Positions 32,287-41,152 of a DNA stretch of 64,000 nucleotides are shown piece after piece. Position 1 is the stretch's first letter. Every line of letters begins with the position of its first letter. The notes under the pieces are model-generated. The model was not told the DNA's origin. It saw only the letters and a program-made list of their open reading frames with translations, and searched no databases. The DNA comes from Klebsiella pneumoniae. GTDB lineage: Bacteria; Desulfobacterota; Binatia; UBA12015. The stretch spans positions 68,265-132,264 of the forward strand of contig CAMBZJ010000004.1 in NCBI GenBank assembly GCA_945872365.1, in the 5' to 3' direction. The translations under genes and the position numbers were made by a program.

Positions 32287-34161
32287 TTGCCCGAGGAGGC
32301 CCCCCTCATGCCGTCTGATGACAGCCAAGTCTGCCTGACTCAGGCGGAACGCGAAACACTCCGCATCCGCTATCGCGAAGAGCGCGACAAGCGCCTGCGC
32401 GCCGACGGCAACCACCAGTATGTCGAGCCGACCGGTCGCTTCGCCCACTTCGTCGAAGACCCCTATGTCCCGCGGGTCGAGCGCGCACCGGTCTTCTCCG
32501 AGGTCACGGTCGCGTTCATCGGTGGTGGCTTCGCCGGACTCTGCACCGGCGCCCGCATGAAACAGGCGGGTATCGAGGACTTCCACATCATCGAGGGGGG
32601 CGGCGACTTCGGCGGGGTCTGGTACTGGAACCGATACCCCGGCGCGATGTGCGACACGGCGGCGATGGTCTACCTGCCGCTCATCGAGGAGGTCGGCACC
32701 CGGCCTACGATGAAGTACGTCCTTGCGCCGGAGATCTGGCGCCACGCGCTGCGGATCGCCGAGGCCTTCGGGCTGCGCGGGAAGGCGCTCTTCTCGACCA
32801 ACGTCACGCTGCTCGAGTGGGACGAATGCGACGCGCGCTGGGTCATCCACACCGACCGCGGCGACCGGATCCGCGCGCGTTTCGTCGCGATGGGCACGGG
32901 GCCCCTTCACCGGCCGAAACTCCCCGGGGTCCCGGGGCTGGAAAGCTTCGGCGGTCAAGCCTTTCATACGAGCCGCTGGGACTATGCATGGACCGGCGGC
33001 GACCCGAGCGGGTCTCCCATGACCCGACTTGCCGATAAGCGGGTCGGGATCATCGGCACGGGTGCGACCGCCGTGCAGTGCATCCCCCCACTCGGACGCG
33101 ACGCAAGGGAACTCTTCGTGTTCCAGCGCACGCCCTCGTCGATCGACGTCCGCAACAACCACCCGATCGACCCGGCCTGGTTCGATAGCCTCGATCCTGG
33201 CTGGCAGGCGAAGTGGCTCATGAACTTCGCGACGCTCCAGACCGGCGGCTTCGCCGACGAGGATCTCGTGCAGGACGGCTGGACCGACATCGCGACCCGG
33301 GTCCGGGATCGCATCGTGAAAGACCTCGGCGAGAGCGGCAGCATGCTCGACATGGCCGCGATCCGGAAGGCCTTCGAGGGCAGCGACGACGAGAAGATGA
33401 CCGAGATCCGGGCGCGCGTGGACGCGATCGTGAGGGATCCCGCGACCGCGGAGAAGCTCAAGCCCTGGTACCGCCAGCTCTGCAAGCGTCCCTGTTTCCA
33501 CGACGAGTATCTCCAGAGCTTCAATCGGCCGAACGTGCACCTCGTCGACACCGACGGCAAGGGAGTCGAGCGTATCGACGCGACCGGCGTCTGGGCGAAC
33601 GGCCGGCACTTTGCGCTCGACGGCCTCGTCTTCGCCTCGGGCTTCGAGTTCGCGACCGACTTCACGCGCAGGTGCGGCTTCGAGACGAGAGGGCGGGACG
33701 GCGAGACGCTGTCCGCGCACTGGAAGGGCGGCATGCGGAGCCTGCACGGCATCCACGCGCACGGCTTCCCCAACCTCTTCATCGTGAGTCTCTCGCAGGG
33801 AGGCGGACTCATCTCGAATATCACCCAGAACCTGGTCGAGGCCGGCACGACGATCGCGAAGGTGGTGCGCCATGCGCTCGACGCCGGGCGCGAGCATGTC
33901 GAGGCGACGCCTGCGGCCGAGGGTTTCTGGGTCGACCTGATCGAGAGCGCCCCCGATACCTTTCTCGGCAACCCGGAGTGCACGCCGGGCTACTACAACA
34001 ACGAGGGCCAGGAGATGGGCCGACGAGAACGCCTGAACGTCGGGCGGCACCCGCTCGGTCCGGTCGCCTACTTCCAGTACATCGACGAGTGGCGCAAGTC
34101 GGGGCGATTCGAGGGCCTCGAGTTCCGACGCGCATCCGAGGCGGCGAAGGTCGCGGGCTGA
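32287..34161 (+). CDS. Type I Baeyer-Villiger (flavin-containing) monooxygenase
   Basis: Two Rossmann motifs (GGGFAGL; GIIGTGATAVQ) and the BVMO fingerprint FGGQAFHTSRWD (FxGxxxHxxxWD). Confidence 0.88.
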   Translation: MPEEAPLMPSDDSQVCLTQAERETLRIRYREERDKRLRADGNHQYVEPTGRFAHFVEDPYVPRVERAPVFSEVTVAFIGGGFAGLCTGARMKQAGIEDFHIIEGGGDFGGVWYWNRYPGAMCDTAAMVYLPLIEEVGTRPTMKYVLAPEIWRHALRIAEAFGLRGKALFSTNVTLLEWDECDARWVIHTDRGDRIRARFVAMGTGPLHRPKLPGVPGLESFGGQAFHTSRWDYAWTGGDPSGSPMTRLADKRVGIIGTGATAVQCIPPLGRDARELFVFQRTPSSIDVRNNHPIDPAWFDSLDPGWQAKWLMNFATLQTGGFADEDLVQDGWTDIATRVRDRIVKDLGESGSMLDMAAIRKAFEGSDDEKMTEIRARVDAIVRDPATAEKLKPWYRQLCKRPCFHDEYLQSFNRPNVHLVDTDGKGVERIDATGVWANGRHFALDGLVFASGFEFATDFTRRCGFETRGRDGETLSAHWKGGMRSLHGIHAHGFPNLFIVSLSQGGGLISNITQNLVEAGTTIAKVVRHALDAGREHVEATPAAEGFWVDLIESAPDTFLGNPECTPGYYNNEGQEMGRRERLNVGRHPLGPVAYFQYIDEWRKSGRFEGLEFRRASEAAKVAG

Positions 34162-34170
34162 ACGAAGAGT

Positions 34171-35082
34171 CTACTCGGCGGTGCCCCGCTCCTTCAGGTG
34201 TCTCGCGAGTTGACGGTCGTGCCGGCTCGCGGCGCTCAAGGGGGCGATGTAGGGCTCCCAACGCGGCGGGCCCGCGGCGGATGGCCGGTCGCCCATGACG
34301 GTCACGCGCTGGATAAGGCGGTCGCCCTCGAAGTCGTCGAGCACGTGGTGCTGTGTGCAGCGATTGTCCCAGATGGCGATCGTGCCCGCCGTCCAGCGGT
34401 AGCGGACGGTGAAGCGCGGGCTGGTCGCCCAGCGGACGAGGAAGGCGAGGAGTGCGTCGCTCTCCTGGTGGCTCAGCTCGACGATGCGCCGGGTGAAGTG
34501 TTCGTTCACGAAGAGCGACTTGCGCCCGGTCTCCGGGTGGACCCGCACGACCGGGTGGATCGCGGTGCGCTCGGAGTGGCCGTGGGGATCTGCGTCGTGG
34601 AGCGCGGTCAGACCCTCGCAGAAGTCGCGCATCGCGGGCGAGAGCGTGTCGTAGGCGCGGTACATGTTGGCCCAGAGCGTGTCGCCGCCGACCTCCGGGC
34701 ACTCTGCCATCTGGAGGATCGACAGGACCGACGGCTCGTCGGCGCAGGTGAGGTCACTGTGCCACTCGTCGGCGATGCCCCCCACGCCGCCGCGTGCATG
34801 GAGCTGGAAGAATTCCGGCCGCTCCGAGCGCAGGTCGAGATTCGGGTGCGACTCGAGCTTCCCGAAGAGCCGCCCGAAGGCGACATGCTGGTCGGGATCG
34901 AGGTGCTGGCCTGGCAGGAACAGGACGAGGTGTTCGAGCAGCAACTCGCGGAGCCGATGGGCCTCCGCGGGCCCCGCCTTCGCGATCTCGATTCCCGTGA
35001 CCTCCGCGCCCAGGGACCCGGACAGGCGCCGGATGCTCAATTCGCCTCGCTGGTGGTGGTGGTGGTGGTCGCTCGTCTCCAT
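34171..35082 (-). CDS. TauD/TfdA-family Fe(II)/2-oxoglutarate dioxygenase
   Basis: WHSDLT (HxD) iron site plus a distal His region; the N-terminus carries a native His5 run (METSDHHHHHQ). Confidence 0.8.
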   Translation of the reverse strand: METSDHHHHHQRGELSIRRLSGSLGAEVTGIEIAKAGPAEAHRLRELLLEHLVLFLPGQHLDPDQHVAFGRLFGKLESHPNLDLRSERPEFFQLHARGGVGGIADEWHSDLTCADEPSVLSILQMAECPEVGGDTLWANMYRAYDTLSPAMRDFCEGLTALHDADPHGHSERTAIHPVVRVHPETGRKSLFVNEHFTRRIVELSHQESDALLAFLVRWATSPRFTVRYRWTAGTIAIWDNRCTQHHVLDDFEGDRLIQRVTVMGDRPSAAGPPRWEPYIAPLSAASRHDRQLARHLKERGTAE

Positions 35083-35267
35083 GTTTCCTCCACCGCGTTG
35101 CGGCCCCTCGGAGGGCTGGCGCCGGCGCGGGCGACGGAACTTGCAGCAGGCCCGTCTCCAGGCCGCGGAGCCCTAAAAGCCCGGAGCCCCCGGAATATCC
35201 GGCGGCGGGGGAAGCAGTCAACGAGGGATCTCCCACGAGGATCGACGTCGTGCCGGCGGTGCGAGCT

Positions 35268-36020
35268 TCAGGTGGCGGACGGAGTCTCGACCGACTCCTG
35301 CACGGTGGGGGCGCTCTCCCGGCCTCGCCGGATCATGCGAAAGGCGGTCCCCGTCGCACCGAGCCTCGGATAGGGTCCGGTGGATCGGACGTAGAGGATC
35401 GGCTCGCTGTGGACGATCTCGAAGGAGGGTGAGAAGAGCGACGGAACGTCGGCGTCGGAACCTCTTCGCGAAAACAGGAGGAACTTCGCTCCCGGGCGCG
35501 CCCACGAGGTCAGGTTCGCGAGGTAGACCTCGCGCTGCAGGACCGGGAGGACGTGGTAGCAGCCGCGGTCGAACAGGAAGTCGAAGCGTCCCTCCATTTC
35601 TTCGGTGGCTTGCGAGACGTCGAGCGTGCGGAACTCGAGGCGTGGCGCCAGGTGCCCGAAGTGAAGGCTTCCGAGCCGGGTCGCCTCCTCGGAGATGTCG
35701 GCAGCCAGCACGTCGAACCCCTGCTCGGCGAGCCATGCGGCGACCTGTCCCCGGCCCGTCCCGACGTCGATGCACCGGGATCCGGGTGCGATCCATCCGT
35801 CCGCGACCGCCGTCTTCAGTTGATCCGGCACGACGTCGGCGAGCACGCCGGGGTCACGGGAGCGCTCGACGACCCACTGGCGCTCCCAGTAGCGCTCGTC
35901 GAACGTCCGCAACACGGGCTCCAGGTGGCGCCCGAGCCAGCGAAATGGCCCGGGTAGGGCGATCAGCCGCCATGCGGAGCGGCGAACGCGATCTCCCCAG
36001 TCCAGCGCGATCCTCTTCAT
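35268..36020 (-). CDS. Class I SAM-dependent methyltransferase (TPMT/TehB-like)
   Basis: IDVGTGRGQVAAWLAEQGFDVLAADIS SAM-binding motif I; ATG at 36020 (alternative 36026). Confidence 0.75.
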   Translation of the reverse strand: MKRIALDWGDRVRRSAWRLIALPGPFRWLGRHLEPVLRTFDERYWERQWVVERSRDPGVLADVVPDQLKTAVADGWIAPGSRCIDVGTGRGQVAAWLAEQGFDVLAADISEEATRLGSLHFGHLAPRLEFRTLDVSQATEEMEGRFDFLFDRGCYHVLPVLQREVYLANLTSWARPGAKFLLFSRRGSDADVPSLFSPSFEIVHSEPILYVRSTGPYPRLGATGTAFRMIRRGRESAPTVQESVETPSAT

Positions 36021-36574
36021 GCCCATCGTTCGACAACTTGCCCGAAAGCTCGGGACGCCGTGCTTGGCGTAAAGCGCCCAGCCTCGGAAACTCCGCTCGC
36101 GGCGCCCCGCCCGTCTTCGAGCCGAGGCGATTCGCCGCGGGGAGCCGGGAGGAGGGGGCCGCCCCGCGGGGCGGCCCCCTTCGATGTCACTTCGCGAGGA
36201 CGACCAGTTCCGTCCTGCGGTTTCGTGCGCGCCCCTCGTCCGTGGTGACAGCCGCCATAAAGGCCCGATTGCGAGATCCGCGCCTTGATAGCGGACTACT
36301 GCAGGAGCCTTCGAGGGCCTTGTAGGGCAAAAACGAAGTCCGGTGCAAGGGGGTTTTCGGGATGCGTCGAGCTCTGGGGCGAGTTCAAGATAGCCGAGGC
36401 GTCGATTTCCGGGCGAGTCCGGCCCGGGGCCTCGGCTGCGCGCCCGCGCGGGTGCCCTCTCGCGCCCTGCGGGTACCGCGCCATCCGCCCGAATCACGGC
36501 CGCAGTTGCTGGTTGGGCGGGACGCGGACGGGGGGCAGTACTCAGGGAAGACCGACTGCCTGGGCGTCTCAAGG

Positions 36575-36965
36575 CGGGTGGACTCGCACGACCGGGTGGA
36601 TCGCGGTGCGCTCGGAGTGGCCGTGGGGATCTGCGTCATGGAGCGCGGTCAGGCCCTCGCAGAAGTCGCGCATCGCGGGCGAGAGCGTGTCGTAGGCGCG
36701 GTACATGTTGGTCCAAAGCGTGTGGCCGCCGACCTCCGGGCAGTTTGCCATCTGGAGGATCGACAGCACCGACGGCTCGTCGGCGCAGGTGAGATCGCTG
36801 TGTCACTCGTCGGCGATGCCCCCCACGCCGCCGCGTGCATGGAGCTGGAAGAATTCCGGTCGCTCCGAGCGCAGGTCATCCGAGCGCAGGTCGAGGTTCG
36901 GGTGCGACTCGAGCTTCCCGAAGAGCTGTCCAAACCCGTCATGCTGGTCGGGATCGAGGCGCTTA
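36575..36965 (-). pseudogene. Duplicated internal fragment of the TauD-family dioxygenase gene (remnant)
   Basis: ~380-bp near-identical direct repeat of 34533-34912 with point differences. One substitution turns the Trp codon of the WHSD iron-site motif into a stop. A 15-bp internal tandem duplication (CCGAGCGCAGGTCAT/CCGAGCGCAGGTCGA) is also present. No start codon or gene 5'/3' ends. Confidence 0.75.
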
Positions 36966-37026
36966 CCCTTGGGCGACCGGCGGGAGCGATCGTGACTCGC
37001 ACGCGCTCGCTCCTACAGTCGCTGTT

Positions 37027-37743
37027 TCAGTCCTGCTCCCGCATTGCCCCGACCATATGCATCGTGTAGAATGTGGTGTGAACCGACGGCGCAGATCCGT
37101 CGGGCGTCGAGACGATTCGGGTCCGCGTCTCCACCGACGTTCCTCCGTATGTGGATAGAAGCAGGATCCCGTCGACCTTCGAGAAAGACCCTTCGGCAAA
37201 GGCCGGGCCGCCGTCCGGGATCTCCGCCGGCGGCGGGGCGAGGAGGTCGATCTCGTAACGGAGTCCCGCGACGGGGCCACCGGTGACGAGGTCCTTCCGA
37301 CTGCCGGGGATCTGCGCGAGGATTACCCGGTCCGCATAGGACACCCAGCGAAAACCGATCTCGCTTTCGACCGTCCACGGAAGCCATGAAGGCGGATCGG
37401 CCGGGTCGTGGGGGCGTTGCCCGTCGAGCCCCGGGATGGCCGCTGCGTTCACGCTCGTGAAGCGGAAAGCCTTGCGGCCACGCCATCGTGCCGTCCCGTC
37501 GCGATCGAAGCTCAACGTCCCGGAGGAGGTTAAGTCGATATCGCGCTCGGGCACGCTCCGGGCTGGATCCTGGCCGGCCGCGTAGACGGTCACGCCGGCC
37601 GTCCAGATACCGTGAATCGGGCCGTCGGTCAGCGAGCGATGGCCACGGCCGAGTATGGGCAGAGCGGCTTCGGCGGCCCGCGTGGTACCGACTGCGGCGA
37701 GCACGCCGGTCGCGGCGAAGAATGGAAAATCTCGTCTCTGCAT
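37027..37743 (-). CDS. Hypothetical exported protein (Tat-like signal)
   Basis: MQRRDFPFFAATGVLAAVGTTRAAEA N-terminus; no recognisable domain. Confidence 0.55.
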   Translation of the reverse strand: MQRRDFPFFAATGVLAAVGTTRAAEAALPILGRGHRSLTDGPIHGIWTAGVTVYAAGQDPARSVPERDIDLTSSGTLSFDRDGTARWRGRKAFRFTSVNAAAIPGLDGQRPHDPADPPSWLPWTVESEIGFRWVSYADRVILAQIPGSRKDLVTGGPVAGLRYEIDLLAPPPAEIPDGGPAFAEGSFSKVDGILLLSTYGGTSVETRTRIVSTPDGSAPSVHTTFYTMHMVGAMREQD

Positions 37744-37989
37744 CCGGTGTTCCTCCTTGAATATAAACTTGGCCCGCGTGCGTCTCCCTTCGGATACGCC
37801 TGGGCGGGGGAGATGGTCAATTCGGCATTTTCGAAGTGGGCCGGGATTGTCGGGTGGCACGGTTCACGCGGAGGGACGGGTCTTCGAGGACAAGACCTGT
37901 TCGAGGTCATCGAGGATCGGCACGGGGAGCGGCGGAAGGGATGGGTTTCGCATCGCCGAGCACCAGGTCCTGAAGGGAGGCGCGGGCGC

Positions 37990-38080
37990 CACTTTCGAGC
38001 CTGGACTACCAAACCCCGATCGAGTTCAAGGCGGGGAGCATTAAGAATACCACCCAGCCGACGGAGTCAGATTCTCAATA
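37990..38080 (+). mobile_element. Remnant of an IS3/rve-type transposase C-terminus
   Basis: Frame ending ...LDYQTPIEFKAGS... matches the conserved C-terminal (L/G)Y.TP.EF motif of integrase-core transposases. Only ~25 codons are intact, in a locally lower-GC patch. Confidence 0.35.
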
Positions 38081-38271
38081 ATCGATTGGCCCAGAGAACC
38101 CGGGCAGCTCACAGGCTCCTTCGACGGGCGCTTCCAACCGACACGCCGGCCGAGTCATAACGCGGGCCTCGGCCCAGCCGCAAGCTGGAGTAATCCCCCG
38201 GGCGGTCGAACCCGGGTTCCGGTTGGTCCGGAGGCATGTTTCCAGGATAGGACGGGAGCCGGGGAGGATTC

Positions 38272-39486
38272 ATGGCACGCGTCATTAAACTCGGAATCAA
38301 GCGACCCGTGAGTGGTCCGCTGCTCCCGGACCCGGAGCCGCGCGAGGCTCTTTACACGATCATCTCGGTCGACGACCACCTGATGGAGCCGCCGCATCTC
38401 TTCGACGGGCGACTCCCTGCGCGCTTCGCCGAAGTTGCACCGCGCGTCGTCGAGACCGAAGAGGGCCACCAGGTCTGGGTCTTCGAGGACACGCCGTACT
38501 TTCAGGTGGGATTCATGTGCGTCGCTGGCCGCGCCCGAGACGACCAGCGCTTCGAGCCGGCGCGCTTCGAGGAGATGCGACGCGGGTGCTGGGACCCGGA
38601 CGCCCGCATTCGCGACATGGACATCAACGGAGTGTGGGCGTCGGTGAATTACCCGTCGGGCGTCACGGGCTTCGGCGGCACTCTCTTCTCCGAGGCGCGC
38701 GACAAGGAACTCGGGCTCGCCTGCGTGCGTGCCTGGAACGACTGGGTCTACGAGGAGTGGCACCAGCCGCATCCCGAGCGGATCATTCCGCTCGGGATCA
38801 CCTTTCTCGCCGACGCGGAGAAGGGCGCCGAGGAGATCCGTCGGAACGCAGCGCGCGGTTTTAAAGCGGTGACGGTTCCCGAGCAGCCGCACAAGCAGAA
38901 CCTCCCATCGGTCTTCGACCCGTTCTGGGAGCCGATCGTGCGGGCGTGCGCCGAGACCGGTACGGTGCTGTCGCTCCACGTCGGTTCGTCGGGCTTCGGC
39001 AGCATTCCGCCGGGCGGCGGCATGGAACTCGGCGCGACCAAGTTTGGGCCCATGGCGATCGAGACCTGCGCGGAGTGGCTCTGGAGCGGCTGGCCGGCCC
39101 GTTACCCGGACCTGAAGCTCGCGATTGCCGAGAGCGGGATCGGCTGGGTCGCGATGCTCTGCGACCGGCTCGACAACATCATGGCGCGATCGGGCTACGG
39201 CGCGGGCTGGCCTGACCCGAAGAACTCGCCGTCGGACGTGCTGCGGCGGAACTTCTGGTTCTGCCTGATCGACGACCCCTCGACAATCTGCACGCTCGAC
39301 AAGATTGGCATCGACCATGTGGTCGCCGAATCGGACTACCCTCACGGTGACGGAACCTGGCCCGACACGCAGCGCGTGATGCAGCGCATGCTCGGCGGGT
39401 TGCCCGACGAGTGGATCCGCAAGATATGCCACGAGAACGCGGCGAAGCTCTACCGCCATCCACTGCCGGCGACCTGTCGGCCCTGA
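38272..39486 (+). CDS. Amidohydrolase-2 family metal-dependent hydrolase (ACMSD/LigI-like)
   Basis: IISVDDHLMEPPHLF (the HxH-type metal site is replaced by DxH, as in this family) ... VAESDYPHGD C-terminal motif. Confidence 0.8.
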   Translation: MARVIKLGIKRPVSGPLLPDPEPREALYTIISVDDHLMEPPHLFDGRLPARFAEVAPRVVETEEGHQVWVFEDTPYFQVGFMCVAGRARDDQRFEPARFEEMRRGCWDPDARIRDMDINGVWASVNYPSGVTGFGGTLFSEARDKELGLACVRAWNDWVYEEWHQPHPERIIPLGITFLADAEKGAEEIRRNAARGFKAVTVPEQPHKQNLPSVFDPFWEPIVRACAETGTVLSLHVGSSGFGSIPPGGGMELGATKFGPMAIETCAEWLWSGWPARYPDLKLAIAESGIGWVAMLCDRLDNIMARSGYGAGWPDPKNSPSDVLRRNFWFCLIDDPSTICTLDKIGIDHVVAESDYPHGDGTWPDTQRVMQRMLGGLPDEWIRKICHENAAKLYRHPLPATCRP

Positions 39487-39614
39487 GCGCGCGGAGTCTC
39501 CTCCCGAAGGTTTTGCATCCTCCACGGGCCCCCTGATCTCAAGCAGCGATCGAGAAGCCGCCGCGAGACTTGGGCGAAGCTTGCTCGATGAGTGATTACT
39601 TCTAGAGTAGGGGC

Positions 39615-40460
39615 ATGGACTATCGGGTCGAGGACCTTGCTGCGGCGGCCGGGGTGACCGTGGACACCCTGCGGTACTACCAAGGAAAAGGGCTACTGCC
39701 GGCTCCGCGGAGAGTGGGGCGGCGGGTGGTCTACGGCTCGGTCCATCTCGAAGGACTCCAGCGCATTCGGGAATGGCAGGAACAGGGGCTGTCGCTGGCG
39801 GTGATCCGACGGTTGGTCGGGGGAAGGCGCGAAGATGGCCCACAAGCCGGCTCGAGGGCCGGCGCAGGGAGGAGCGCACCCGCCGCACGGGGGCCGGCGA
39901 ACCGACGGTCAAGCCGGCCGGCGAGCGCCCCCGCACTGGAAGACCGACTGCTCGACGCACTCGTGGCCGCGCGCGGTCCGGCACGCTTGAGCCGCGGGGA
40001 GCTGGCGACGGCGGCAGGGGTTCCGGAGGAATTGGTGTCGGCCGTCGTGCAGGCCGGTCTCGTCGAGCCGGTCACCGCCGGCGGGCAGGAGACCTTCGGT
40101 GCGACGGAGGTCGACATGGCTCGTGCCGCGCTCGCGCTGCTGCGAGAGGGTCTTCCGATCGGAGACTTACTCGGCCTCGCGATTGCGCATTCCGCCAACG
40201 TGCGTGTGGTGGTCGACCGCGCGATGGACCTCTTCACCGACCACGTTCGGCATACCGAAGGCGACGAGAGACCGGCGGAGGAAGTCGTGCATGCCTTCCA
40301 GCGGCTCATCCCCGCGGTCACGGCACTCGTCGCAAACCACTTCCACCGCACGCTCGTCGCCCGGGCTCTGGCACGTCTCGAGCGCGACGGGGAGAGGGAC
40401 GCCCTCGCGCACGCCATCGAGGCGACTCGCAGCGGTCGTCTGGAGGTCGCATGGCGCTAG
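39615..40460 (+). CDS. MerR-family transcriptional regulator with ~200-aa C-terminal domain
   Basis: N-terminal HTH YRVEDLAAAAGVTVDTLRYYQGKGLLP. Its stop overlaps the ubiE start by 10 nt. Confidence 0.8.
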   Translation: MDYRVEDLAAAAGVTVDTLRYYQGKGLLPAPRRVGRRVVYGSVHLEGLQRIREWQEQGLSLAVIRRLVGGRREDGPQAGSRAGAGRSAPAARGPANRRSSRPASAPALEDRLLDALVAARGPARLSRGELATAAGVPEELVSAVVQAGLVEPVTAGGQETFGATEVDMARAALALLREGLPIGDLLGLAIAHSANVRVVVDRAMDLFTDHVRHTEGDERPAEEVVHAFQRLIPAVTALVANHFHRTLVARALARLERDGERDALAHAIEATRSGRLEVAWR

Positions 40461-41152
40461 TGCTTCCGGAACCCGAGGCCAAGGCGGCCTCCGTGCGGGC
40501 GATGTTCGACCGGATCGCCCCGAGTTACGATCGCTTGAACGGGTTGCTCACGCTGCGCATGGACCGCGCGTGGCGTCGCGCAGCGATGGCATCGGCCGAA
40601 CTGACTCGGGGTGATCTGCTGGTGGACGTCGCCTGTGGTACGGGCGATTTCCTCGACCTGGCGGCGGACGCCGGGATCCGCGCGGTCGGTCTCGACTTCT
40701 CGGCAGGCATGCTCGCGGCCGCTCGGCGGCGCGGTACCGGGCCCCTCGTCCGAGCCGACGCGCTCGCCATGCCGCTACCCGACGCCTGCGCCGATGCGCT
40801 CACCTGCGGCTTTGCCTTGCGCAACTTCGTCGCGATTCCGCCCATGTTAGGCGAAGCGGCCCGCGTCCTGCGCCCGGGCGGCCGACTCGTCCTGCTCGAG
40901 GTCGCGACGCCGGAACATCCCGCCCTGCGCTTCGGCCACGCGCTCTACTTCCGGCGGCTCGTACCCTGGCTCGGTGCGCTCTTCGCCGAGCGAAGCGCCT
41001 ACGAATATCTGCCGCAGTCCACGGTCTACCTGCCGTCGCCAAGCGAACTGGGCCGGCAGGTTCGCGACGCCGGCTTCAGCGACATCATCCGCCGCACCTT
41101 CGGGCTGGGTGCCGTGCAGTTGATCTCCGCGCGCCGCCGGGGGACCGACTGA
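40451..41152 (+). CDS. ubiE: Demethylmenaquinone/ubiquinone methyltransferase
   Basis: MFDRIAPSYDRLN...LLVDVACGTGDF...VLRPGGRLVLLE. Confidence 0.88.
   Translation: MALVLPEPEAKAASVRAMFDRIAPSYDRLNGLLTLRMDRAWRRAAMASAELTRGDLLVDVACGTGDFLDLAADAGIRAVGLDFSAGMLAAARRRGTGPLVRADALAMPLPDACADALTCGFALRNFVAIPPMLGEAARVLRPGGRLVLLEVATPEHPALRFGHALYFRRLVPWLGALFAERSAYEYLPQSTVYLPSPSELGRQVRDAGFSDIIRRTFGLGAVQLISARRRGTD

Noticed and set aside
37612-38160. Plus-strand ORFs 37612..38160 and 37655..38044 as real genes
   Set aside because: Low-complexity translations. The only meaningful signal in this spacer is the short transposase C-terminal remnant reported separately.
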